A stretch of DNA of 64,000 nt from the human T2T-CHM13v2.0 reference genome, Homo sapiens. The stretch lies in the NCBI RefSeq assembly GCF_009914755.1, contig NC_060941.1; one strand, written 5' to 3'. This document shows, in pieces, positions 1 to 12,882 of the stretch. Position 1 is the first letter of the stretch. Each line of letters begins with the position of its first letter. The translations under genes were made by a program, and so were the position numbers. Under the pieces are notes generated by a model, which saw nothing but the letters and a program-made list of their open reading frames with translations, did not search any database and was not told where the DNA came from.

Positions 1-2204
1 AAAGAGCTGAATGGAAGACTGAATTTTCACTTTACTTCCTTTTTTCATATCTTTTCTCCATATTTTGTCCTTTTCACTACTCTTATTTCCCTTCTTATTC
101 ATCTATAATAACAGCTATTGGGTGAGCAGAATTTTCTTCCAGAATGACATGCCTTTCTCTCTGCCAGAGTCTCATCTTCCTTCCTCCATAGGACTTAACG
201 TTGGTTGAGGATTCAAGCAAGTAATAAATTGTTAATAGGCTTCCCCACATGTAATTGATGTTGGCATTCTTCCAGGGCTCTTCATGTGAGTTTGGGGTGT
301 AAATGTAGTTGTCCAACAGATAAAATGTGTGCAAAGCTCTGAACACTCACTAAATTTCCCAAATTAATAACATCTTTGGTGCTTTTGATCTTTATGATAA
401 AGAGAGAGATGAATATATATTTGGCCATCCAGTCTACCTTGAATTTGTGTTCCTTATCATCACATCTTGCTGTCTGTAAAACTTTGGCAATTTTTTCTTT
501 TACTTTGAGTCTCCTTTCGCTCACCAGTGAAAACAAAATAACCTGTGAGAGTTGCTGTGTGGACCAAATGAGATACCAAAATCTGAAAAAGTGCCTTGGA
601 AACTGTTGAAGGATTTACAATTGTACAATATTATTTACTATGGTAGGAAGCATAGCATCAGGAGCTGAATACAAAGCAGAGACTTAAAAGCTTAGAAAGA
701 CCTCAATAACAAGAATCATGTCATTGTATGATTCCATGCTCCAGATATCGGCTGAAATGAAGTGATTCTTACAAACGTTTGCTAAATGAGAAAAAAACTT
801 TAAAAATCTATGAAAAAGAAGAATATTTAAATTTTAGTACTGTTAACATTCTAATAGATTCAATCTGTTGTATAAAGTGATTGTTTTCAACCTGCTAAAA
901 GTCAATCATTACTTATTTCTTAAGGTCTTACTATACACCAGGCCCTTGACTAGGACTACAACAAGTGTAAAGAAATCATTCAATATCAAGTGGAGAGAAT
1001 TTTTGTTTGGGGTAGTGAATTCAGCCTATGTGTTTAATTCTCTTTTGTGTTCTTCACCCTTAGCCCCTTCCAATGAGTAAATTTTGTCAACACGACAAAG
1101 AATGAAAATGTTGGAAACCTACAAAATTTTTGAAAGGAAAACTTTCCAACCCCCAAGTCACTGGATACAGATAACTTGCCTAAGGATTGTGTGTAATAGG
1201 AGACTCCAGAAGGAGGTCAGCAAAGCAACCAGTCTGAGTGACATGGGCTGGAGGTAAGGCTGGAAGTCTCCCTGCCTCCCCAGGTAGTAGTCAAGTAATA
1301 GACACTGAGCAAACAGAGATTGGGAATATTGCTTACAGGTTAAATACATAATTGCTCAACTAAAAAGAGAAATGGAGGTAGAAAGGAGTCTACTGGAAGT
1401 TGTAAATACTATGTTGAATTAGATGACCATCTAGAGAATTCTTAGAATGTCCTAGAACTCAAAGGCAAATAATGAAGAGATTCACATAATGATAAAAAAT
1501 AAAAGAGACAAAGAGGCATGAAGAATAGATCCAAGATTATATATACACATATATATGTGAGTGTATACACACACAGAGTCCTCCTCTGCTCTCTATTTTG
1601 TGAAATAACTCCACCTATAATAAATACCATACCCAGATGAGTACAGAATATTTCTATATTCTTTGAAAATATTTTTCTGTAATGTTTAAACTATTTCAGG
1701 GAACTGAAAAAAATGAATTTAATTAATGAGAACAAAACCAAAATCTTAAAAAGAGAACTCAGAAAACCACACAGACCTGTCTGAGATACAGATGCAAAAA
1801 TCCTAAATTCAAAATAAATTACTTAAAAGAATAAACTGTCAACACTATTCTACTTTTGTCTAATGAACTTGTTTGTTAGTTTAAAAAAACTTACTTGGAT
1901 TTTGATTAATATTTTATTTAAATGATAGATTGATCTTTGGACAACAAATTTATTTACCTGAAGTACTTTCTAACTTTCTCAATGCTAAAACAATATTCTC
2001 TTCTTTCAACTATTACTACTCAAATTTGTTAATCCAAATCTCCTTTGGATGAGCCACCCTATTTTCAAATAACGCTTAAGCTTATATACTCATTTTTACT
2101 GTAATCATTTGATGTTAATGTGACCATTGAGGCTGCTTCCAGTAGACTTCCACACACCAGGAGACTGGAAAGTTGAACTCTTAAGAGGATCACTTTCAAC
2201 ATCA

Positions 2205-3037
2205 AATCCGTGTCTATCTACATAGAGTTAACTGCTGCAGTAACGAATCCCCCCTTTTAGTGGCTTGCAGCAGCCTGTTTCTTTCTTGCTTATGTTAAAG
2301 GTCGATTGTAGCTTAGCTGAGGCTTAATGCTGTCTTTACTCTGGATCTCAGGTGTATGGGGCTTCAAGAATCTGGACGATGGCTGGTGTACTGGGCTGAA
2401 TAGTGTTCTTTAAAATTTCATGTCCATCTAGAACTTCAGAATGTGATCGTATCTGGAAATAGGATCTTTGCAGAATTAATTAGTTAAGCATATTGAGATA
2501 AAATCATCCCAGATTTAAGGTGGGTCCTAAATATAATGACTCATGTTTTTATATGAGGAGAGGACACAGAGACACAGAAAGTGATGTGAAGATGGAGGTA
2601 GAGATTGAAATGATGCATCTACAAGGCAAAGAATGTCAAGCACTGTTAACCACCAGAAACCAGGAGGGAGGCATGGCTTCTCCCTTGGAGCCTCTGGAAA
2701 GAACCAACACTTTTAACCCCTTCACTTTGTACTCTTGGTCTTCTAAACTATAGGAGGCTAAATTTCTGTTGTTTTAAGCCACATAGTTTGTGATAATTTG
2801 TTATGGCAGCCTTAGGAAACTCATACAGCTGGTGACTTAGGCAACGGGTAACTGAGTTCCAGAGTGTGTCTCACTTTGGCTCAACATAGAAGTGTCCTGC
2901 TTCCTTTCCACTCATAACTTGTTAGCCAAAACGACTTTCACAACCCCACACAACCAAAAAGGAGTCAGAAAGTGCAATCCTGTCATGTGTCAAGAAGCAG
3001 AGAACCAGAAATATTTGGCAACAGTACTAATGACTAC
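2205..3037 (-). mobile_element. Old MaLR LTR (MLT1J/K-like), split by a younger MLT1B/C insertion
   Basis: Degenerate MLT1-like sequence either side of 2387-2827 (gctgcagtaacgaatccc... and ...agtgcaatcctgtcatgtgtcaagaagcagagaaccagaaatatttgg); boundaries approximate. Confidence 0.45.
2387..2827 (+). mobile_element. MaLR solo LTR (MLT1B/MLT1C-like)
   Basis: TG...CA termini, typical MLT1 body (ggaaataggatctttgcaga; ttctgttgttttaagccac...ggaaactcataca), perfect 5-bp TSD GCTGG at 2382-2386 and 2828-2832. Confidence 0.85.
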
Positions 3038-3150
3038 ACTGAGCCCGTGGTATTACTTCGCTTTCAGAGGCAGAAATGCAGGAAAAAGTACAATGACTAT
3101 ACTGAACCCACTGTATTACTTTGCTTTCAGAGGCAGAAGTGCAGGAAAAA
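3023..3150. repeat. Two-copy tandem duplication, ~63-bp unit
   Basis: agtac(t)aatgacta.actga.ccc...gtattactt.gctttcagaggcagaa.tgcaggaaaaa occurs twice head-to-tail. Confidence 0.9.
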
Positions 3151-3903
3151 ATATATCTTTGCAAATGCATTCTGATGAAAACAGATGACAGGCAAATCCT
3201 ATTCTCTTGTGACAGACAGAGAGATATTTCGCCCCCCAAATCTCCAAAGCGGCATTCCATATATTCTTTCTGATAGATACATCAAAGTTGAATTCTAAAA
3301 TTTCTCTTAAAATCTGGCAATGACTCAACATTAGTAAGAAAGGCCTTCCTCATAATCATCTAAATGGCATTTTCAGAAGCAACATTAGGAAAATATTGCC
3401 TGAATTCATTCTGCAGAAATTGGATTTGGATATTTTCTTTGAAATAATTTTTAAGACTCCTGTCTTTATAAGCTTCATTAAGACAAGAAAATGAGGAGGC
3501 ATTTTAAGAGAAAAATTACTAAATTCATAGCTGGAGTCTGTTTCTGTTAGAGGTAAATAAATCATAAAGAGAAATAATGCTGGTGTTTTAGATTCAACTT
3601 ACACAAAACTTCAATATATCAGCCAAATATTCCCAGCTTTGCTAAAAGTTATACTCTTTTGATAGTTTGAAGAACTTAGTCTTATGCCTGGTTTTAGAAA
3701 AGCGGGAAAAAAGTGTACCTCAACTTTTAAATCCAGCCAGGCTGTCACCCTTTGATAACAGAGTATTAGAAAGAATAACTGAGAGCATTCAAACATTTTT
3801 TGAGATTTTCTTCTTTAAATTTTATTCTTTTTAATATACTGTGCCCAAATGGCTCTCTGCCTCCTGTTTTATATACTATGCAGAATTAAAGTAGGTGTTT
3901 TTA

Positions 3904-4198
3904 TTTATAATATTTTTTATTTTTATGAGTACATAGTAGGTGTATATATTTATGGGGTACCTGAGATATTTTGATACAGACACAACAAGTAATATTCACA
4001 TCAGGGTAAATGAGGTATCTGTCTCCTCAAGCATTTATCATTTCTTTGTGTTACAAAGATTCCAATTTTACTCTTTTAGTTTTTTAAAATATATAATAAA
4101 TTATTGTTGACTTTTGTCACCTTGTTTTGCTATCAAATACTGCATCTTATTTATTTTACCTAACTGTATTTTGTAGCCATTAACCAACCAACCCCATG
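3904..4198 (-). mobile_element. 5'-truncated L1 3' end (L1MA-like)
   Basis: T-rich tail then acatagtaggtgtatatatttatggggtac...; 15-bp TSD AAGTAGGTGTTTTTA at 3889-3903 and 4199-4213. Confidence 0.8.
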
Positions 4199-5017
4199 AA
4201 GTAGGTGTTTTTAGATTGCAATGGAAAATTCAATACGTGATTACGTTAAAAACTTGATTTACAATCCTTATTGATACCTTGTCCTTTTTCAATGTAAAAT
4301 AATTAACAGAGAATACTATTTTTAGCACTATGAATTTTAAAGAATGTTATAGTGTACCTAATTTTCCCTTAGCTATTTTTGGAAAAGACTCCTGAAACAA
4401 ATTCCATACAGAATGAAATATATAGAAAATATGTTAGCTTGTATGAGAAATTTAACAGCCTCTTGCCTTCAGACATTTCTAAGCCACTGCCCCATTTTCA
4501 ACTCAACCAGTCATCAACTGTATTTTATTTTTAGTAACTTTTAAAATCATGATCATGTTGAACCATTTAGACAAAAATAATACGTATTAATAAAACTATA
4601 TTGTTAATTGTGAAGAAATTTATGTTTGGTCCAAAAAACTGTCATTTTGTTTATGTGTCAGTTTCTTCACATGAAAAACTATTTGACAAAGAACACTATG
4701 GATAAAATATCGTAAAGAATTGTTGCCTGATTCAAATCTTCATAGAGTAATGCAGATACCCGGTGTGTAACAGTTTTGCATGTAATTTACCTCTTTATGA
4801 TGAGATGATGTGTTCTTATAGATTACTGGGCTGTTTTGGAAGCCAGTGCTTAGAGGTCAATGATGCAAGATAATCTCTTGCTTCCTCTGTCCTATGAGAT
4901 TTTTTTTTAATTTTTGCAAAAATGATGTTCATGAGCCTAACATTGCTGCATTATTATTATTGTTTAATTTTTAAAATGTGGGGGTACATAGTAGGTGTAC
5001 ATATTTATAAGGTATAT

Positions 5018-5381
5018 TAAATCTACCAATTGACCCAGTAATCCCATTACTGGGTATATACCCAAAGGGTATAAGGGTATATACCCAAAGGAATATAAAT
5101 TGTTCTATCATGAAGACACCATGTACACATAAGTTCATTGCAGCACTATTCACAATAGCAAAGACATGGAATTAACCTAAATGCCCATCAGTGATATACT
5201 GCATAAAGAAAATGTGATACATATACACCATGGAAGGCTATGCAGCAATAAAAAATGATGTGAGTATATATATACATATATATATATGTCATAATTTATG
5301 TCACAGACAGCCTGAGACCGTTCTTACAGAAACACCCCAGATCACAATTGAATTATGTGTATATATATATATGTATGTATG

Positions 5382-5432
<51 letters not shown>

Positions 5433-5752
5433 GGAACATGGATGGAGCTGGAGGCCATTATCCTTAGCAAACTAATGCAGGAACAGAAAACCAAATACTG
5501 CATGCTTTTACTTATAAGAGGGAGCTAAATGATGAGAGCACATGAACACATAAAGGGGAGCTACACACACTGGGGCCTATTGGAGAGTGGAAGGTGACAG
5601 GAGGGGAGGCTTAGGAAAAATAACTAATGTATACTATGCTTAATACCTGGGTGACAAAATAATACATAAAACAAACTCCCATGACACAAGTTTACCTGTA
5701 TAACAAACCTGAACATGTATCCCTGAACTTAAAATAAAAGTTAAAACAAAAA
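5018..5752 (+). mobile_element. L1 3' end (L1PA13-16-like) with internal (TA)n-flanked insertion
   Basis: ORF2 end (atcccattactgggtatatacccaaagg), 3' UTR aggaaaaataactaat...ccctgaacttaaaataaaagtt and A-tail; preceded by a short minus-strand L1MA-like tail fragment at ~4950-5017. Confidence 0.8.
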
Positions 5753-7699
5753 TGACAGTATATATGATACTGAACACACTTAGCAAGCATTTCAGGTAAC
5801 TAACATGTACCTCACACTGCTAGCCCTGAATTCTTTCTCACTATATCTATCTTCTAAGTATGCTCACCATCTATGATTACTCAGAGAGAGATTACTTTTT
5901 ATAATTTGAATTATAAAAACAAGAGCTTTCTTTTACATTTCTTCATATTAAAATTGTGTTGTAATATTGAATAATTTATCTCAAGCCACACGTGTCTCTT
6001 TTTATTCCCAAAAATGTGCTGGCTCCTTTCAACTTCACCCCCTAATTCAGAATTACTGTCCTCACATATACTATGTGCAGGCTGATGGTAACCCCAAAGC
6101 ATTTGCTGGTTGAGTATTTGCATTTGTAGACTAGGAACTAGACAGGCGAAGTCAACTTGAAAATACAAATGTCCATCATAGAATCTGCAGTGTGGGTAAT
6201 CTGCATAAGAATAATTGAGAATTTTCTCTAAGAAAAATTTTAACCCATAGTGAAAGCCTTGGATACACAAAATAATCTTATAATAGTAAAAAAATTACCC
6301 CAAATTATTATTCTTTCACATTTTTCATGGTAGTTTTTACTAAATTACAGGTGGAAAATAAGATGCTCGTAAGAGTTTATCTATTCTAAGAAGCCACTTG
6401 CTACTCCTTTCTCTGACTGATGAAATACTTCTCATCCTCTAGGTTCAGGTTAAATGTCATATTCATATTGAAGCCTTCATTGATACTCCCACTCAAACTC
6501 ATTTGTTCTCTCTTTTCTGTTTCTATGGCACTATATTCATGCTGTTAATACGTATTATGTTGGCTTCTAGCTTATTTTATATAGTTTTGCTTCTCAGAGA
6601 GATTTTTAACTTCTTGATGGTAAGGACCTAGGATGATTTTATTTTTTTCATCCTCATGCTTAGTTCAGTTGCTGACAAGATCAGGTACATATCTTTTTAA
6701 ATAAAGCTCCAAAGGTGATTCTGATGCACAACCACTTCAGAGTTTATATGAAATAAAGAATTTCTTAAATAAAAATGAACATTTGATGAAAATTGAAAAT
6801 ACTGACTAAAAAACTAGATGTAAATTCAGCACAAGAGAGTGCTCATAGTGTAATGAGATGCCATTATTACTCATTTTTAACCTATTTTACATTAATTTTT
6901 GTTGTTATTTACCAAAAAGTTTTTAACCAAGATACCCCATTGAGTAGCAGCTGTCTCCCTGGGTTTTCTGGATAACATAAAAAGGGCAGTGCCAGCCAGC
7001 TCTGACACCAACGTAATGAGAATTTGTTAGACTCATGACATCTGCCAGCTTAAGGGAGGTACTCAACGTAATATTGCAAATAAAGCTTGAAAATGACATT
7101 TTTAGTAGAGTTAATATAGTTTTTAAAAAAACCTTTTTCCCATCATACAATTGTTTTTAGTCCTCTCTCAGTTCAACTAGCTTCTATTTGCATAAGAAGC
7201 ATTTTATGTCAGGGAGAAGCAGTGTTTTCCAGAGGGGGACGGGGGGACAGAGTGGGCAGAGGGGGCAGGATGAACATGCCAAACAGCCAACACTCCCAAA
7301 TAGAGATATTTCTTCTCCGAAATGATCAAGATAAGAGGTTTGAAATTTATTCATTTGGTAGTTTGAAGTGAATTTGTTTACAAATAAAAAGCCATTAATC
7401 ATTTCTGAGGAGTAAGGAAGGAAATTAATATTTATTATCTGCTAAGTGCCAATCATGCTTTCAGAACTGGAGGCCTTTGTAACTAACACTCTTTTCTTAC
7501 CTACTCTACTCTTCTCACCTTAGAGTCAAGTCTTTCAGGGTGCACCAATTATGGCGTTAAGGCATCTGAAATTTCAAAGGCCCTAAATCCCCACAGTTTC
7601 ATACTTTTCTGTGGCTACAGTGTACACTAAGCCAGTAAGAAGCAGTCATTTCATATTTAGACCTTTGTACTAATCAGAAGAAATTATACTCAAACAGGT

Positions 7700-7875
7700 T
7701 AAGACAGTACTTAAAGTGTGAGCCCAGACCACTGCCATCAAACTGCAGAGTGTAGGTGCTTAAAATAAAGATTTCTAAATGTCACCTTAGCCACACTAAT
7801 GCAAAACCTTTGAAACTAGGGTCTACAAAGCTGTATTTTAACAAACACTTAGAGTATTCTAAAGTACAAAATAAA
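7700..7875. mobile_element. Degenerate MER5-like hAT DNA transposon fragment
   Basis: cttaaagtgtgagcccagacc...ctgtattttaacaaacac...tattctaaagtac resembles MER5A/B. Confidence 0.4.
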
Positions 7876-8173
7876 TGACTCGGGGGTTCATGCAGATACA
7901 ACTTTGTAAGGACAAGATCCCCAATGAGTTGCCTGAGGGGTCCCTTACTGAACATTCTGAAAGTGGAGTGCTTGGACCCATGGCCAACACTCATGCCAGT
8001 AACCTTCATAGTTGTTGTGCTTCAAGGAACCAAAGGAACCAAATTATAGTCAATTGTAAGCAAGTTTCACTATGAGTCTTGCCAAGCAACATACTTTGCT
8101 CTTCTCTCATCTCCTAGAGTACAAAGAAGGAGCAAAAATGCAATCTATAAAATCATGTTTCAGTTTTTGTTTC

Positions 8174-8549
8174 TGTCTTAATCTGTTTATGCAACTATAA
8201 CAAAATACCACAGATTAGTTATAAACCATAGAAATTGCTTTCTCATAGTTGGGCAGGCTGGAAGTCTAAGATCAAAATGCTGCCAAGTTCAGGGTCTAGT
8301 AAGGTCCCAGCCAGTCTCTCTGTTTCTATGATGATGCCTTATTGCTGTGATTTCACATGGTAGAAGGATGAAAAGGCAAGAGATCAAACTCCCCTTGTAG
8401 CCTCTTTTATAAGGGCATTAATCCATTCATGAGAGCAGAGACTCTTATGATTTAATCACTTCCCAAATGGGCCTACCACTTAATAACACCAAAATCAGGA
8501 TAAAGATTCAACATAAATTTTGAAGGAGACTCACATGTAACCCACAGCA
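8174..8549 (-). mobile_element. MaLR solo LTR (MLT1A/MSTD-like)
   Basis: TG...CA, ctataacaaaataccacaga / ggctggaagtctaagatcaa motifs; perfect TSD GTTTC at 8169-8173 and 8550-8554. Confidence 0.85.
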
Positions 8550-9942
8550 GTTTCCAACTCCCTTGGACTTATTTTATACTTTTCTTCTCATTAAATATCA
8601 GCATAAATAGAGAAGAATATGTAGGTGTACACGTACATATATATACCTTCATATTGGTTGTGGCCTGTGATAAGTCAAGTTTGGATGTTCAAGACTTAGA
8701 GATTATTTTTGATAGATTTCTGAAGCCACCAGTAGGAACTAAATGAACATTATACACATTAAGCACTACTTACTTAATAGAAGGTTGTAATGAAAGAAAT
8801 GTGTAGATCAAATTCTAGCTGCATGTACAAACCTTTATTTATAAGCAGATGAAACCATCATAGATAATATTTCAGAAACATAAATTAGCTGTTTGTCAGA
8901 ATAAAATGACCACAAAAATCTTCAAAGCAACATCTTGACAAGAAATGTTTAGAGAACAAATTTACAATGCAATTTAAAACTACAAAGTTTACTGTATTTG
9001 TATGTCCTGTTTATAATGAACATATATTGGATACAACTAATTTCAAGAACCTGTTGCTAGCATCCATTATAGCATTTGCAAATCTTCTAGTATTGATGGA
9101 GATAAATAAAGTTGAAACAATTAAAATAGCCATCTCTGGTCTTGCAGATTAAATGCCAGCTGACCACCCTTGAAATGGGAATTTCTGAAGTAGACTACTG
9201 ACTGATTGTTAAGCTTGAAATAACATATTCCAAATATCAGACCCTCAGTGAAATTTGGAACCATCATCCACTGCAAAAAAGAAATTTGCTTTCTTCTTTA
9301 AAAGGTGAAAAAGCTTCATTCCCATTCATTATTTCTAAGTGTTAAGTGGTTGAAATATATTTATATCAATGATTTTCTACATTTATATTCATATGTATAT
9401 CAATGATTTTCTATTCTCCTAGGGTTTCCTTCCTATGTACTTATAGAACACACTCATTAACTTATTCATCTATAATAATATTACTGTCTACCTACTTTAT
9501 CAAGTTTACTGTATAACAATTATAACATACTTTAATATTTTATGTGCCACTAAGAAAAAAAGAAAACATGCTGGTAAGTTGGGCAAATGCAATTTCACAA
9601 TTTCAAGATGGTAAACTTCGAAAAAAATGGCATCATAGAACTGATGAAATATGGGGTATTTTATAAAAGGTAATTTTGTAGGTATTGAGACATTTACAAA
9701 GAAAAGAATATGACACGTATTTTTTTACAAGTTTTGTGAAAGAGAAAAATTATATCAATATTAATGTCACCAAGTGATATGGTGTAGAGAACACAGTGGT
9801 CAGAAGCAACAGAGAGTCTCAGATGTTTCTTCTACAAAAAAAAGAGCATCTGTAGTTGTTACCAGACCCCACCACATACCCAAAGTTAGCCTTTGGATTG
9901 CGGGTTTCCTCAGTATTGTTCCTTTAGTGGTCACCAGAAAGA

Positions 9943-10520
9943 TATTACCAGAAAGGGGTCTGGATCCAGACCTCAAGAGAGGGTTCTTGGATTTCACACG
10001 AGAAAGAATTTGAGGCAAATCCATACAGCAAAGTGGAGGCAAATCCATACAGCAAAGTGAAGGCAAGTTTATTAAGAAAATAAAGGAATAAAAGAATGGC
10101 TACTCTACAGGCAGAACAGCCCTGAGGGCTGCTGGTTGCCCATTTTTATGGTTATTTCTTGATTATATGCTAAACAAGGGGTGGATTATTCATGCCTCCC
10201 CCTTTTAGACCGTGTGGAGTAATTTCCCGACGTTGTGATGGCATTTGTAAACTATCATGGTGCTGGTGGGAGTATAGCTGTGAGGATCACCAGAGGCCTC
10301 TCTTGTTGCCATCTTGGTTTTGGTGGGTTTTACCTGGCTTCTTTACTGCTACCTGTTTTATCAGCAAGGTCTTTATTACCTGTATCTTGTGCCAACCTCC
10401 TATCTCATCCTGTGACTTAGAATGCCTTAAGTGTCTGAGAATGCAGCCCAGTAGATCTCAGTCTCATTTTACCCAGCCACTATTTAAGATGGAGTTGCTA
10501 TGGTTCAAATGCCTCTGGCA
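9943..10520 (-). mobile_element. MER41A 3' LTR
   Basis: t.ttaccagaaaggggtc...ggttcaaatgcctctggca; lacks the tandem-GAS segment; private 24-bp tandem duplication at 10012-10059. Confidence 0.88.
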
Positions 10521-12069
10521 TTTTACCTCTCCCTTTTATAACAGAACCAGTAAACCTAAGGGTTGCAGAGGGATGAAGATCCATCTTCCGTAACTTCTTT
10601 AAGCTGAAAAGGGGCAATGATATTTCTGCCTAACTATGAGGGTCTCTTGTATTTGGGGTAGAGAGGAGCCGGTCAGAAAGCATTGGTATGTTGAGGGCCA
10701 TTCAGAACTCCTGAGTTCCAACAAAAGGTTGGTATCTGGAAGATTAATGTGTTCAATTTAAGAAAATATTGAGTAAGTGTATTCTGCATTCCTACACAGA
10801 GTACAACAGCAATATATTCCACATGAGAAATTATACCAAGGTAACTGAATTTGAAGGCTTTCCTTGAACAGGGTAATAGTTGGAACCAAGCTGATATGGG
10901 GTTGCTAGCTGATTCCACTGTGCCCATGATTAGAATATTGACTCCAGATTTTTACATTACCCATCTTTTTTGCTTCTTTTGAGCAGAAGCCAGAGATCAC
11001 TGGTTGTTTTACAGGAATAAGCAACGTCAACCTAAATTTCAGGAAAAAACTCAAAAATAACTGATGAGACTAGACTCTAATAACAAGTGTACCATAGTTC
11101 TTGAAACATAATTTCTCTCTACAGTTTCCCATTTTTGCTAAAGACAAATCATGGTAAGACTGATTTTCTTTATTATACTTGGCCTAATTATTTGTATAAA
11201 GTGCATCAAAAATAATTACTTTTCACATAGATTTTAAAATTGGCTTTGATGGAACTCTGTTCTATAAGGAATCTCAGATAAGACTTTTTATTTAAAGGTG
11301 AGTCCAGCCATGGATTTGCACCCTCAAATAACTATAAGTTGTGTAAATTCCTCTCCTCTTGAGGTCCCAAGATACCTTGGGCTCCTGGACCTGTCAGAAA
11401 GTGACATTTCATGACATTCTTTACTTACCACAGGTCAGAAACCCTGTACATAGACTGTGTAGATAAGGCATGAGGCCAGTTTTCCCAAAGTGCTTTTACT
11501 GGCTTTACAAGTAAAGTTTGATTTTTTTAAAGGAAAGCACACCATTCCAGCCAAAGCCTTGGGAAAATAACCAGTTTCTCCAATAGTGTTCTGTTGAAAA
11601 AAACAATTCTTATTGCACTTATACAAACAATTATATTGCCATAAATGAAGAATACTCACAACTAGTTTCCAAATTCTGAAGAAATCAGGTAGAAATAAAT
11701 AAATATGCTCCAAATATTCTTTATAGGAATATACTTTACTCAATTGTTAAAAGATGTAAATAGCTCAAAAAAAAAAAAAAAAAAAAACAGTTTCCTCTAC
11801 TCTGAAAAACAAAGGATCAGCAACATTATCAGAAGAGTCAAAGTGGATAAGTGGATGTGTCCAAGATGGCCAAATAGGAAGAGCTCCAGTCTGCAGCTCC
11901 CAGTGAGATCAACACAGAACACAGGTGATTTCTGCATTTCCAACTGAGGTACCCGGTTCATCTCACTAGGACGGGTTGGACAGTGGGTGCAGCCCATGGA
12001 GGGTGAGCTGAAGCAGGGTGTGGCATCGCCTAACCCAGGAAGTGCAAGGGGTTGGGGGATTTCCCTTTC

Positions 12070-12291
12070 CTAGCCAAGGGAAGCTGTGAACAGACTGTAC
12101 CCGGAGAAATGGTATATTCTTGACCAATTACTGTGCTTTTTGTGTGGTCTTAGCAACCAGCAGACCAGGAGATATTCTCCCATGCCTGGCTCGGCAAGTC
12201 CCACGCCCATGGAGCCTTGCTCACAGCTAATGCAGCAGTCTGAGATCAACTTGTGATGCTGCAGATTGGTGCGGGGAGGGGCATCCACCAT
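12070..12291 (-). CDS. L1 ORF0 homologue (antisense ORF in L1 5' UTR), open, 73 aa
   Basis: MVDAPP...LISDCC...SMGVGLAEPG aligns with the L1 ORF0 pattern MAGAPP...LISDCC...SVGVGPSEPG; ATG in gcaATGG context; expression not shown. Confidence 0.7.
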   Translation of the reverse strand: MVDAPPRTNLQHHKLISDCCISCEQGSMGVGLAEPGMGEYLLVCWLLRPHKKHSNWSRIYHFSGYSLFTASLG

Positions 12292-12882
12292 TGCTCAGGC
12301 TTGAGTAGCTCACGGTGTAAACAAAGAGGCCAGGAAGCATGAACTACATGGAGCCCACAACAGCTTAGCAAGGCCTACAGCTTCTATAAATTCCACCTCT
12401 GGGGACAGGGCATAGTAGAACAAAAGGCAGTAGAAAGCTTCTGCAGATTGAAACATCCCTGACTGACAGCTCTGAAGAGAGCAGTGGTTCTCTCAGCACA
12501 GCGTTTGAGATCGAAGAACGGACAGACTGCCTCCTCAAGTGGGTCCCTAACCCCCGTATAGCCTGACTGGAAAACACCTCCCAGTAGGGGCCAACAAACA
12601 CCTCAAACAGATGGATGCCCCTCTGGGATGAAGCTTCCAGAGGAAGTATCAGGCAGCAATATTTGCTGTTCTACAGCCTCCGCCAGTGATACCCAGGCAA
12701 ACAGGGTCTGCAGTGGACCTCCAGCAAACTTGAGCAGACCTACAGCTGAGGGGTCTGACTGTTAGAAGGAAAACTAATAAACAGAAAGGAATAGCATCAA
12801 CATCAACAAAAAGGACATCCACACCAAAACGCCATCCATAGGTCACCAACATCAAAGACGAAAGGTAGATAAAACCACAAAG

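Noticed and set aside
3023-3150. CRISPR-like repeat array
   Set aside because: Only two adjacent copies, no spacers, primate context
4950-5030. Twin-priming inversion of a single L1
   Set aside because: The minus-strand piece is a 3' tail of a different (L1MA-like) subfamily, so two separate elements are more likely
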